64,000 nucleotides of DNA from a virus (Duplodnaviria; Caudoviricetes). The stretch covers positions 17,298 through 81,297 of IMG/VR virus record IMGVR_UViG_3300043436_004623. One strand, 5' to 3'. Each line of letters starts with the position of its first letter. The first letter of the stretch is position 1. Shown here one piece after another: positions 1-9,732 of this stretch. Made by a program: the position numbers and the translations under genes. The notes below the pieces were generated by a model. That model was not told the DNA's origin. It worked only from the letters and a program-made list of their open reading frames with translations, and did not search any database.

Positions 1-458
1 ATATAATTTTTAATATTATTTTTTATAAACCTAGTATTTAGATCATTTTGATCAAATAATCCACATATTCTTAAATTATAAAATTGATCTTCATCTTTAA
101 TATATTTTGCTATAATATTTTTACTTAATCCATATAAACTTTCATATAAATTGCATTCTGCTATTGAACCAAAGTTTATAAATTTTTTATATTTATCTTT
201 TTGATTTAATAAATTAAAAAATATTTTTAAATTATCTAATAATATACTATCTACTTCTGGAATTAATCTATTGCCACCTGTAATTGCTGTATGTAATACA
301 ACATCAAAATATTTATTTTTGAACCAATTGTTTACAGTATCTCTATCTGTTAATTGCAAGTCCTCTCTTCCTATGCAAGTTATTTCATACTTTTTTGAAA
401 ATTCTTTGACAAGAGCTTTAGATAAATATCCAGTTTTGCCAGTTATTAGTATCTTCAT
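1..458 (-). CDS. NAD(P)-dependent sugar epimerase/reductase (extended SDR), truncated by window start; not in the ORF track
   Basis: Manual translation from ATG at 458: MKILITGKTGYLSKAL (GxxGxxS Rossmann motif)...FGSIAE...YGLSK (YxxxK); frame stays open to position 1. Confidence 0.8.
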   Translation of the reverse strand, partial: MKILITGKTGYLSKALVKEFSKKYEITCIGREDLQLTDRDTVNNWFKNKYFDVVLHTAITGGNRLIPEVDSILLDNLKIFFNLLNQKDKYKKFINFGSIAECNLYESLYGLSKNIIAKYIKDEDQFYNLRICGLFDQNDLNTRFIKNNIKNY

Positions 459-459
459 T

Positions 460-996
460 TTATTTTTCTTTACTAAAATCTGCAAATTCAACCAAAATAG
501 TACTTTTCCCATCAGTTCGATGCAGCGCTTTTTCATAAGCGGGTACAATATCTTCTGGCTCAATTAATTCTATTATATCAATTGTTTTGCACATTTCTCT
601 AAAAGCTTGCGAAAAGTTTCCTTTATGTTGATCTTGTGGATCTACTGGTCTTTCACTACCAACTGCCACCCGAATAATTACTTTAGGTAAGCATTTACTT
701 AAAGACATTAATGATATTTTATCAAGATGATTAACTATTTGATCTGTAGCCATTAATAAAAAATTCCATCTTGGATAAGTTGATATTGGTATCATACCTT
801 CTATAGCAATACCATTAGATATTCCCATTTGAAGATATTCTGCAACAGGAAATTCCATTTTTTTATTATCTGGTATATGTTTTAATGAGTCATATAAACC
901 TGTGCCTTCATATTCAACAGCTTGGCCAATAAAGATTGTATCTGGATGTTCAGCAAGCAATGACATTGCTTTTTTTATCTCTTCGCTATATTTCAT
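460..996 (-). CDS. ThDP-dependent E1-beta/transketolase pyrimidine-binding domain protein (short, lacks C-terminal domain)
   Basis: FIGQAV...EFPVAEYLQMGISNGIAIEG...PRWNFLLMATDQIVNH, typical of E1-beta N-terminal domain; paired with adjacent E1-alpha. Confidence 0.85.
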   Translation of the reverse strand: MKYSEEIKKAMSLLAEHPDTIFIGQAVEYEGTGLYDSLKHIPDNKKMEFPVAEYLQMGISNGIAIEGMIPISTYPRWNFLLMATDQIVNHLDKISLMSLSKCLPKVIIRVAVGSERPVDPQDQHKGNFSQAFREMCKTIDIIELIEPEDIVPAYEKALHRTDGKSTILVEFADFSKEK

Positions 997-1002
997 AAAA
1001 AT

Positions 1003-1632
1003 TTAAAATTGAACTCTTTTTCCTGCTCCAGCATGTGGGTATTTTTGATTATCATATTGATAATATATTAGATTTTTTTGTCTTAATATACCACCACGAT
1101 ATTCTTCTTTAAGAAAGTAAGGCGTATCTCTTCCCCATATAGAAGCTGTTGGTGTGCATACAGATTTTTTATTATCTTCGACAATAAATGTTATAGGTAA
1201 ATCATGATTTAAACTATATTTATAAGCTTCGTGAAAAGCCCCTGTTTCTGCGCTCATGTCTCCTACCCAACACCACACCTTATTTGATTTGCCTTTCAAC
1301 TTAATAGATAAAGCAATGCCTGTCGCAATAGATGGAATTCCGCCAACAATAGAACTGCATATAAATTTATATTCAGGTAGTGTCATTACCATTGATTTGC
1401 CTTTTATAATATTTTGTTTTAAAATTTCTTTAGGTATTCCTTTTAATAAAGCTTGGTAATGATTTCTCCATGTGCAACAGACCCAATCATTATTGCTATC
1501 GATATCTTTAAAAAGATCAATCATTATGTTTTCATTACCTGAATATAAATGAATAGGAGCTTTGATAAGTCCATTATCAAATGTATCCGCAATATCTTTT
1601 TCAAATTCTATTAATTCCTCTAAAGTTACCAT
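1003..1632 (-). CDS. ThDP-dependent E1-alpha-like subunit
   Basis: HLYSGNE, WRNHYQAL, SIVGGIP and the ThDP-binding motif variant GDMSAETG...FIVEDN. Confidence 0.85.
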   Translation of the reverse strand: MVTLEELIEFEKDIADTFDNGLIKAPIHLYSGNENIMIDLFKDIDSNNDWVCCTWRNHYQALLKGIPKEILKQNIIKGKSMVMTLPEYKFICSSIVGGIPSIATGIALSIKLKGKSNKVWCWVGDMSAETGAFHEAYKYSLNHDLPITFIVEDNKKSVCTPTASIWGRDTPYFLKEEYRGGILRQKNLIYYQYDNQKYPHAGAGKRVQF

Positions 1633-2573
1633 ATGTATTTTTGTTTATAATAATCAACAATATGTTGAATTTCTTCATTGAAATCTATTTCAGGTTTCCA
1701 TCCAAGAAGTTTTAATTTTTCATCGTTTAAAGCGTATCTTAAATCTTGCCCTTCCCTGTTATAGGATAAATCAATATTTTCATCAATAATTTTATTTGGA
1801 TATAAATTTATTATTTTTTGAAATGTATCATAATTGCTCTGTTCAAAGTTTCCGCATATATTATATATTTCATTTTTTGAATTGCTTTCTATAATTTTTA
1901 TAATTGCCGATGCGGTATCTTTTGCGTGTAGCCAATTCCTAACTGGAGTTCCATTATTATGAAGTGGTAGTTTTTTGCCAAGCATAATATACTTACATGC
2001 TTTAGGAATTAATTTTTCAACGTATTGACCAATTCCATAGTTATTAGTTGGCCTAACAATAACATATGGAATGTCATATGTTCTATTCCACGCAAGAATA
2101 AGCATATCAGCAGCAGCTTTAGTCGCTGAATATGGGTTGCTTGGTTTTAATAAATCTGTTTCAATATGTTTTCCTTTTTCAATATCTCCATATACTTCGT
2201 CTGTACTAAAATGTAATAATATTGGTTTTTTATTTGTTTCTTGTCTATAGTTTTTTATAAGTTCTAAGATATTATGAACTCCATTTATATTAGATTTAAT
2301 AAATTCATCACTATTTGCAATTGAGTTGCCCACGTGAGTTTCTGCTGCTGTATTAATTATATAATCGCATTCATAAAGAAATTTTAAATCATTAATGTCA
2401 CAATTAATAAATGAAAAATTATCATATTGTTCAAATTCTTTTAAAAGAGTTTTATTCGCCGCATAAGTTATTTTATCAACACCCTTAACGTACCAACCTT
2501 TATCTAAGCAGGATCTTGTTATGTATGAACCAATAAATCCAAGACATCCAGTTACATATACTACTTTTTTCAT
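1626..2573 (-). CDS. rmlB: NDP-glucose 4,6-dehydratase (RmlB-like)
   Basis: GCLGFIG, AAETHV, STDEVYG, YSATK, NNYG..Q..EKLIP, RNWLH motifs. Confidence 0.9.
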   Translation of the reverse strand: MKKVVYVTGCLGFIGSYITRSCLDKGWYVKGVDKITYAANKTLLKEFEQYDNFSFINCDINDLKFLYECDYIINTAAETHVGNSIANSDEFIKSNINGVHNILELIKNYRQETNKKPILLHFSTDEVYGDIEKGKHIETDLLKPSNPYSATKAAADMLILAWNRTYDIPYVIVRPTNNYGIGQYVEKLIPKACKYIMLGKKLPLHNNGTPVRNWLHAKDTASAIIKIIESNSKNEIYNICGNFEQSNYDTFQKIINLYPNKIIDENIDLSYNREGQDLRYALNDEKLKLLGWKPEIDFNEEIQHIVDYYKQKYIW

Positions 2574-3892
2574 TATAGATTTATAAAATTATTTAGAGTT
2601 TTTTCAATATAATCTAATTGTTCAGAAGTAATAATTGGGCTTGTACCAAGAAAAAATGTATCTGTAGTAACTTTTCTTGCATTCGGAAAATTATTAATAA
2701 TTTCATTTGAACTCATTAATCCTTCATAAGCTGGTTGTAACATAATATTTCCAGCAAAATAAGGTCTTGTTTGAATTTTATTATTTTCAAAAAAATCAAC
2801 TATATCCATTCTTTTAAATGGAGCATTATCTTTAATTGTAATAGCAAATGCAAACCAATTAGGATCGCTTTTTTCTGTAGCTTTTGGTATAATAAAATAC
2901 TCTTCATATTTAAAAAATATTTCACATAGTCTTTTATGATTAGCTTTTCTTTTTTCTGCAATTTCTGGAAGCTTTTTTAATTGTTCAAGACCCATTGCTG
3001 CTTGTAATTCAATCGGTTTCATATTATAACCAATTTCATCATATACATATTTATGATCAAAAATTTCATTTGGAAGAGATGGAAGCCAATTAGAGAAACG
3101 GTTGCCACAAGATCCATTCTTGTGGAGTCCAGCCTTCATACCAACACAATAACAACCTCTACCCCATTCTCTGAAGCTTCTAATTACTGTTTCTTGATTA
3201 TGAGTATTACATGCGACAAAGCCCCCTTCTCCCATTGTTATGTGATGGGCGGGATAAAATGAGCAACTAGAGAACTCTCCAAATGATCCTAAATATTTTC
3301 CATCATAAGTAGAACCTAGAGCATCACAGCAATCTTCCAATAGGATTAAATCATACTGTTTAACAATGCGCATTAATTCATCCATATTAGGAGGGTTTCC
3401 AAGTACATGTGCGAAAGTGATCACTTTTGCGCCTTCTTTTGCTTTTTCTTCTACTTGAGCTAAGTTTAAATTTAGAGTATCTAAATCAATATCGACAAAA
3501 ATAGGTTCAAATCCAACTTGAAAAATCGCATTAATAGTAGTAGGGAATCCAGCTATTGGTGTTATAACTTTTGTTCCTTTAGGTAAATTGTAAAGTCTTT
3601 TCGATGTTAATGCCGACATCATGATTAAATTAGAACTGCTTCCACTATTAGTTAATATTCCGAATTGCTTATTAAATAGTTTAGAAAACTTATTTTCAAA
3701 AGAAAGACCCTTGGAGCCTAAAACTAACCAACCATTTAATAGAGACTCAATAGATGCAGTGTATTCTAATTCATTAAAATATGGACCAGCATATTGAACC
3801 CAGTCTTTTCCAGCTTCCCATTTTTTATTATTATGTTTTTTTTGTATATAAATAGAAATTTTATCTAAAATGTCATTTAATTCAGAATCCAT
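2573..3892 (-). CDS. rfbH: NDP-4-keto-6-deoxyglucose 3-dehydratase (E1, DdhC/RfbH family; PMP and 2Fe-2S)
   Basis: NSGSSSN, HVLGNP, EDCCDALGS, SFYPAHHITMGEGG (His in place of the aminotransferase Lys), WGRGCYC and GSCGNRF cysteines. Confidence 0.92.
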   Translation of the reverse strand: MDSELNDILDKISIYIQKKHNNKKWEAGKDWVQYAGPYFNELEYTASIESLLNGWLVLGSKGLSFENKFSKLFNKQFGILTNSGSSSNLIMMSALTSKRLYNLPKGTKVITPIAGFPTTINAIFQVGFEPIFVDIDLDTLNLNLAQVEEKAKEGAKVITFAHVLGNPPNMDELMRIVKQYDLILLEDCCDALGSTYDGKYLGSFGEFSSCSFYPAHHITMGEGGFVACNTHNQETVIRSFREWGRGCYCVGMKAGLHKNGSCGNRFSNWLPSLPNEIFDHKYVYDEIGYNMKPIELQAAMGLEQLKKLPEIAEKRKANHKRLCEIFFKYEEYFIIPKATEKSDPNWFAFAITIKDNAPFKRMDIVDFFENNKIQTRPYFAGNIMLQPAYEGLMSSNEIINNFPNARKVTTDTFFLGTSPIITSEQLDYIEKTLNNFINL

Positions 3893-3901
3893 ACAAAATA
3901 G

Positions 3902-3930
3902 AATATAATATAAATAAAATCAAATGTCAA
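3902..3930 (-). promoter_or_regulatory. sigma70-type promoter ahead of the rfbH-rmlB-E1 block
   Basis: TTGACA (3930-3925), 17-nt spacer, TATATT, in the short gap before ATG 3892. Confidence 0.6.
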
Positions 3931-4767
3931 TTATTTTTTTAATTTATAATAATGTGAATGCTTATTCGAAAGATATATTTTATTTCTATACACAATATCA
4001 GCATATTTTAAATGGTATTCTTTACTGGGATCTTTTGGGCTTCTTGTTCCGCCCCAATCAAGCAAGCTTTTAAATTTAATTCCAAAAATAGCATTTTTAT
4101 AACCTTTTTGATTTAATCTGATTGATAAATCTAAATCATCATGTCCAAATGGAGCAAGATTTTCATCAAATAATCCAATTTCATCTAAAATTGATTTTTT
4201 AATACATGTTGGACTTTTAATTACAATTTCACAAAATGAAAATTGTTTATTCTTGAATTCTTGAAAATGATTTAAATTCAATTGGTTCCAATGACCACAT
4301 TCAGACTCTAAAAACGAATGTTCAAAAAGAATACCATTACTATCTAAATTAGTAGATAATCCACATCTAAAAGAAATATATCCAAGATTTTTTATATTTT
4401 TGTATAAATCATCTATATCTTCGTTTATATTTATGCCTTCTAAAACAACATCATCCTGTAAAAAGAAAACTAAATCTTCTTTTGACGTTTCAATTGTTTC
4501 CAAGTATTTTATTGCGGAATTCAAAGAAAGAAGTTCATGCACATCATTTTCATAAATTTTATGAAGTTTATATTTATTTGAAAAAGATAAAAAACAATCA
4601 TCTATATTTTTTTCAGAATTGTCGATGCATCCATCTAATACACATATAATATTTATATTAAATAAAGAATTTTCTGTAGCTTTTCGTATACCTTTTAAAA
4701 CATCAGATATCAAATCTTCTTTGTTATGAATTGTAATTATATAATGAGCTGTTTTTTTATTTTTCAT
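3931..4767 (-). CDS. Glycosyltransferase, GT2-like
   Basis: IITIHN...CVLDGCID, FFLQDD, FDENLAPFGHDDLDLSIR. Confidence 0.8.
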   Translation of the reverse strand: MKNKKTAHYIITIHNKEDLISDVLKGIRKATENSLFNINIICVLDGCIDNSEKNIDDCFLSFSNKYKLHKIYENDVHELLSLNSAIKYLETIETSKEDLVFFLQDDVVLEGININEDIDDLYKNIKNLGYISFRCGLSTNLDSNGILFEHSFLESECGHWNQLNLNHFQEFKNKQFSFCEIVIKSPTCIKKSILDEIGLFDENLAPFGHDDLDLSIRLNQKGYKNAIFGIKFKSLLDWGGTRSPKDPSKEYHLKYADIVYRNKIYLSNKHSHYYKLKK

Positions 4768-5728
4768 TTGTTTTGAGATCTTGTATCCAATTTTTTAAAT
4801 TTTTTAATTCTTCTATTTTTGTAATTTTTAATTTAAACAGTAAATCATATATAAACAATAAACAGTCTTCAATTGATTTGTTTTTTAAATTAATGTTATT
4901 AAATTCTTCCATAATTATTGGTAAATTTTTATACATTGAAATTTCTCCAATAAAATCTTTAAAATAATCATGAGCATTTCTTATTTGATAAGTATTAGGA
5001 GAATGAAAACCAAGTTTATAATCAAATTCCCACATTATTCTTTGAGCTACATAAGATCTTAAAATATCTGTAAATCTAAAATCAACTGTAATAGGAATAT
5101 AAAGTAAAGAATTTAATTCTTTATTCCATAATGTGCTTTGAGAATTAAATGGACTATAACAAAATTCATTAATTGATATATTAATATCATTATTAAATTT
5201 AATATGTTTATTATTTGTTAATCTATAAATTGCATCAAAATCTGAATCATCATCTATAATTCCTTGCCACACACCAATTTTCGAAATATTACTTTCTTTA
5301 GTGTATTGATTTTTTTTATTGATTAAAGATAATGGAGTTCCTCTAGGCCAACATTTTTCATTTGTAAAAAACTCAAATGGATTAATAAATGCAGATCCTT
5401 TGATATTGTTTTTGCAAATAAAATCATTCACTTCCCAGGATTCATAAGGAAATGTATCATCATCTGTATCATAAATTAAATTTGCATTATTTTTAATAGC
5501 ATATAAATATCCAAGATTTTTTCTTGAATAATGATTCATTGGAGTTGTATCAAAACTTAATAGATTTAAATTTTTTTGATCATTTATATCTAAAAATGTT
5601 ACATTATCATAGTCATAATGATTGCTTTTGCTATCTCCAACTATTACAACATGCCAATTTTTTATTTTAGAAAACTTTTTTACAGCTTCTGTGATTGGAT
5701 TTATGGAAGTAATTATTATATAATTCAT
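4757..5728 (-). CDS. STELLO/DUF288-like glycosyltransferase
   Basis: IIITSIN, VIVGDSKS, YSRKNLGYLYAI, IYDTDDD, WPRGTPL, FRFTDILRSY. Confidence 0.75.
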   Translation of the reverse strand: MNYIIITSINPITEAVKKFSKIKNWHVVIVGDSKSNHYDYDNVTFLDINDQKNLNLLSFDTTPMNHYSRKNLGYLYAIKNNANLIYDTDDDTFPYESWEVNDFICKNNIKGSAFINPFEFFTNEKCWPRGTPLSLINKKNQYTKESNISKIGVWQGIIDDDSDFDAIYRLTNNKHIKFNNDINISINEFCYSPFNSQSTLWNKELNSLLYIPITVDFRFTDILRSYVAQRIMWEFDYKLGFHSPNTYQIRNAHDYFKDFIGEISMYKNLPIIMEEFNNINLKNKSIEDCLLFIYDLLFKLKITKIEELKNLKNWIQDLKTNEK

Positions 5729-5736
5729 AATTTATT

Positions 5737-6489
5737 TTATTTTATTTTTTGCCAAACTCTATTATGACCACAAGCAAATAAATGTTTGTAATTTTCATCT
5801 TTACTTATAGAGTGTTCTATTGCTAATCCAACATCATGATGACCATTGAATCTATTTGGCATTTTGTACATATTTAAAAATGATGAAGCATCATCCATCA
5901 CTAAAAATCCATTAGTTTTTAGCAGTTTATCGCATAAATTAATATCACTTATCACTGTTTCATAATCATGTCCACCATCAATATAAATTATATCATATTG
6001 ACCATTTTTAATTGCTTGTATTTGTGCGTCAATATTAGTAGATAATCCTTTTATAATATTTACTTTTGAAAAATCTAATTTAAATTCTGAAAATAAAAAT
6101 TCTATACATTTTTTATAATCTTCTGGTGGGTATTCAGAATATTTATCGCTTGCATTATATAATGGTGTTAATCCGTATGTTTGAATATCTTTATTTAAAT
6201 AGTCTGAACATATTTGTGAGAGAGCCAAGATAGATCCTTTGTATACACCTATTTCTAAAAATTTACCATTTTGAGGTATTTGAGAAAATAATAATAGCCA
6301 TAAATATCTAAAAGCTTTTTCTCCATATCCATAGTTTAATATTGAAATAGTTTTATTATGATGATTTAAAACGTCATAATCATTGACTTTTGATTCAAAA
6401 TATTCATAAATTTCATTATTAAATACTTCTGTATTTTTCCAATTTTTAGAGAATTTTTTAAAATCTTCTTGTAATTCTTGTTTATTCAT
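5737..6489 (-). CDS. Class I SAM-dependent methyltransferase (Methyltransf_24-like)
   Basis: FLEIGVYKG and YIDGGHDYE...LVMDD motifs. Confidence 0.8.
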   Translation of the reverse strand: MNKQELQEDFKKFSKNWKNTEVFNNEIYEYFESKVNDYDVLNHHNKTISILNYGYGEKAFRYLWLLLFSQIPQNGKFLEIGVYKGSILALSQICSDYLNKDIQTYGLTPLYNASDKYSEYPPEDYKKCIEFLFSEFKLDFSKVNIIKGLSTNIDAQIQAIKNGQYDIIYIDGGHDYETVISDINLCDKLLKTNGFLVMDDASSFLNMYKMPNRFNGHHDVGLAIEHSISKDENYKHLFACGHNRVWQKIK

Positions 6490-6491
6490 AA

Positions 6492-7349
6492 TTATTTTTG
6501 TTTTATAAAAGATACATAATGATTATAATCTATATTTGATATATTCCATCTTGATCTATATATATCAGTTTCAAAATTTAAATTTTTGGATGAATGGATT
6601 ATTTTAAATGGTATTTTTTTCCCATCAACAAATAAATTACATTTATTTGCTTCATCATCATGATACTGTATATCTAAATTCAATTGTCTTACTAATATGC
6701 TATATAAAGTTTGATCATGCCTTCCCGTTCCCCAACCATTAGGACAAGTTCCATTATCTATAAAATTATTAATATCTTTGCATAATTCATACATTGGGTC
6801 AATTAGGGAATTTTTAATTTTTCTAGAAACCCCTTGAAATCCAGCATCAATTCCAAAAATATCATCATTTAAAATCCAAGAATTTTCTTTTGAATTTAAA
6901 TTGAATTTTTTTATGATATTATCTGTTGTCATCCATTTTATAGAATGTCCACAATCAAATAATAAATATCCATTTTGTTCTATATGTTTAAAAAGATTTT
7001 TTAAGCATTTTAGTATTGTTGTTCCAGAATCTAGATATAAAATATTTTCGTGAATATCAATAGATTGTTTAATTATAACAGGTTTCCATGAAAATAATCC
7101 TTTAACTTTTCTATTAATATCTGTTTGTAAATCTTCAATAATATATGGATTTATTTTTTCTACTTGATATACATTGGTATATTTAATTGAATTAATTTTA
7201 TTAATACTATCTTGTGAAAGACCTAAATCATAAACCATTATTTCGCCTATATCATTTTCATTATGTTTGAAAATGCTTCCTATTAAATTAAACAATAAAG
7301 GCAAGTGTTTATCATCACTAGCTATGCAGAAATTAATTTTATTTTTCAT
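6492..7349 (-). CDS. Putative glycosyltransferase (DUF1647-like)
   Basis: MVYDLGL, FSWKPVII, ILYLDSG, RHDQT motifs. Confidence 0.65.
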   Translation of the reverse strand: MKNKINFCIASDDKHLPLLFNLIGSIFKHNENDIGEIMVYDLGLSQDSINKINSIKYTNVYQVEKINPYIIEDLQTDINRKVKGLFSWKPVIIKQSIDIHENILYLDSGTTILKCLKNLFKHIEQNGYLLFDCGHSIKWMTTDNIIKKFNLNSKENSWILNDDIFGIDAGFQGVSRKIKNSLIDPMYELCKDINNFIDNGTCPNGWGTGRHDQTLYSILVRQLNLDIQYHDDEANKCNLFVDGKKIPFKIIHSSKNLNFETDIYRSRWNISNIDYNHYVSFIKQK

Positions 7350-8178
7350 ATATATTCATTCCCCAATCTCCTAAATTTGGAATATTATATTTTTGCGTTT
7401 GTTCTTTAATAAATTGCAATTTATAATTGTCTTTATCTAATAATTTAGAATAAATATTTGGATCTATCTTTAGATTGTATGAAAATTTAGAAAGTTTCCA
7501 ATCAAAGTCATTAACCGAACTGTCGTATGCTGAACGTGGAACAGTATTTATATTATGATTTAAATTATTAATATAATCTGTTATTTTCCAAAAATATTGT
7601 TTTATTGCGGCAGTTTTTTTATCTAGCCACTGTAAATGAGCAATAAATAATGAGTTCTTATCAAATATTAGATTATTATTTGTGCTTGGTAAATGAGTTG
7701 AATGCATTTGAGCATAATTAAATAATGCTCTATGTTCATAAGAGCCAATCCTATCCATTAAATTATTTTCCCAAGGGCCATCTATTCTTATAGTGTCAAT
7801 ATCTGTGTATTGAATCCAATTCAAATGAAATGTACAATCTCTATTATTTTCTAATATATATTCTAATTCTTTTTTATCAATGTTCCCATCTAAATATTCA
7901 TCAGAATCTAAACATATAATATTTTTAGAATATTTAAATGCCTCATCATATAGAGCTTGTCTTATATCGGTTTCTATAAATAATTCATGATCTTCTCTAT
8001 GAGAAGATAAGATGCTTAATATATTATATTTTTCTTTATTTTCTTGTAAAAACTCATATGTTTCATCATTAGAATTATCTACAAAAAATACAAAGGAGTC
8101 TGCATATTTTTGCCATATAGGAAGCATTTCTCTTAATAAGAAAAGCTCATTTCTAGTCATTGTTATTTGAGTGATCAT
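7339..8178 (-). CDS. Glycosyltransferase, GT2-like
   Basis: MTRNELFLL, FVDNSNDET, ICLDSDEYL (DxD). Confidence 0.7.
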   Translation of the reverse strand: MITQITMTRNELFLLREMLPIWQKYADSFVFFVDNSNDETYEFLQENKEKYNILSILSSHREDHELFIETDIRQALYDEAFKYSKNIICLDSDEYLDGNIDKKELEYILENNRDCTFHLNWIQYTDIDTIRIDGPWENNLMDRIGSYEHRALFNYAQMHSTHLPSTNNNLIFDKNSLFIAHLQWLDKKTAAIKQYFWKITDYINNLNHNINTVPRSAYDSSVNDFDWKLSKFSYNLKIDPNIYSKLLDKDNYKLQFIKEQTQKYNIPNLGDWGMNIYEK

Positions 8179-8864
8179 TTATAGTTATTTTGAATTTCTT
8201 TATCTTCTTCTTGTGCTAATTGCATATTCAATACAGAAACCGATTCTTCTCTATAAAAATATGAACCAATGAATTCTGGTATCTTTTTAAATTTATAGTT
8301 ATTTTTAGAAAGTTTTAGCCACATATCATAATCACTAGATGATTTATATTTTTCATTAAAATAATTACACTCCTCAATGGCTGATTTTTTTACAAGAGGA
8401 AATGGCCCACAAAAACAAAACTGTAATAATAATTCATGAGAATACTCAGGCCAAACTCTAACCCCTGTTAAGTCGTCAACATTTTGAGATTTTATTTGGA
8501 CGTGTGATCCATAAAATAAATCTATTTCTGAAAATTTATTAATGTATTTTGAGTAAATGCTTAATGCTGATGGGTATAAAATATCATCCGTATTCCAATT
8601 AACAATATAATTACCACTTGAGTTTTTAATTCCTATATTCCACGCTTCATAGACGCTGATTCTGGTGGAGCATTCTATAATTTTTATAGAAATGCCATCT
8701 CTAAAATTAAAGTTTTTAATCTTAGATATAGATTCATCTGTTGAATTAGCATCAATGAAAATTATTTCAAAAAAATCTTCTAGTTGATCATTTACATAAT
8801 TTAAAAATTTATCTAAAAAATTAGAAGAATTATATACAGAAGTTATTACTGAAATCTTATTCAT
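8175..8864 (-). CDS. Glycosyltransferase family 2
   Basis: ISVITSVYN, IDANSTDES, WNTDD, DYDMWLK; start placed at ATG 8864 because it forms an ATGA overlap with the upstream stop. Confidence 0.9.
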   Translation of the reverse strand: MNKISVITSVYNSSNFLDKFLNYVNDQLEDFFEIIFIDANSTDESISKIKNFNFRDGISIKIIECSTRISVYEAWNIGIKNSSGNYIVNWNTDDILYPSALSIYSKYINKFSEIDLFYGSHVQIKSQNVDDLTGVRVWPEYSHELLLQFCFCGPFPLVKKSAIEECNYFNEKYKSSSDYDMWLKLSKNNYKFKKIPEFIGSYFYREESVSVLNMQLAQEEDKEIQNNYK

Positions 8865-9712
8865 GCTTGTTCTATTTTTTGCCAAAATAGCTGAGAGGCA
8901 TTTTGACAGTTTTCTTTAAAAACTAATGATCCTTTATTTAAAAATTCTTTTAAACTTCCTATTTTAGATTGATCACCAATAAATTGGCATCCACATAATA
9001 AAGCTTCTGCGATCATCCTGCAAAATGGTTCATTTACAACTGGGGAATGGTAAACATATTTAGATTTTTTAAATATATTTGATATCTCAGAATGAGATAC
9101 TTTATCATGTATTTTTACATTTGTCAATGGAGATAATTGATTAAATATATTTTGATCTTGAGTCCAACCAAATATATCTATATTTCTATTTGGATTTTTT
9201 TTACAAAATTCAATTAAATTATCTGATCCTTTAAGCGGGTGAATAAACCCACAATAAACTATATCATATATTTTCTCAGAACCGTCTTCATAAAATAAAG
9301 ACGTATCTATTGGATCGTAAACTATTTCTATATTATTAAAATAATCCCCATAGTTGCTTTTAAAAAAAGATGCATGAAATTCAGATAAAAAGAAATTTAT
9401 TTTTGATGATGTAAATATTTTTTTACGCAATTCATCGTCTAAATAAGAACAAGAATCGTGCTCAAGGCGAACATGATTTTCATGATTTAAAATAAAATCA
9501 ATTAGATATTTAGAAGTTTGATTAATAGCCTCTAAATTAGAACTTATCACTAGATCATATCTAGAAATTAAATTTAATGGAGACGAGTCATAATTATGTA
9601 ATGTAATATTATGACCAAGTTCAATACCTTTTTTAATAATTAAATCATTACTAACTTGAGAACCACCAGAGTTATGGTTTAAGCTAAAGTCTGAAATAAA
9701 AAGAATATTCAT
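8861..9712 (-). CDS. Glycosyltransferase, GT4/GT-B-like
   Basis: ILFISDF...GGSQ, YCGFIHPLKG, EPFCRMIAEALLCGC (EX7E). Confidence 0.8.
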   Translation of the reverse strand: MNILFISDFSLNHNSGGSQVSNDLIIKKGIELGHNITLHNYDSSPLNLISRYDLVISSNLEAINQTSKYLIDFILNHENHVRLEHDSCSYLDDELRKKIFTSSKINFFLSEFHASFFKSNYGDYFNNIEIVYDPIDTSLFYEDGSEKIYDIVYCGFIHPLKGSDNLIEFCKKNPNRNIDIFGWTQDQNIFNQLSPLTNVKIHDKVSHSEISNIFKKSKYVYHSPVVNEPFCRMIAEALLCGCQFIGDQSKIGSLKEFLNKGSLVFKENCQNASQLFWQKIEQA

Positions 9713-9732
9713 GCGAATGCATGATTATACCA

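Noticed and set aside
460-1632. Pyruvate dehydrogenase as a central-metabolism AMG
   Set aside because: Both subunits are truncated, no E2/E3 is present, and they are embedded among NDP-sugar enzymes
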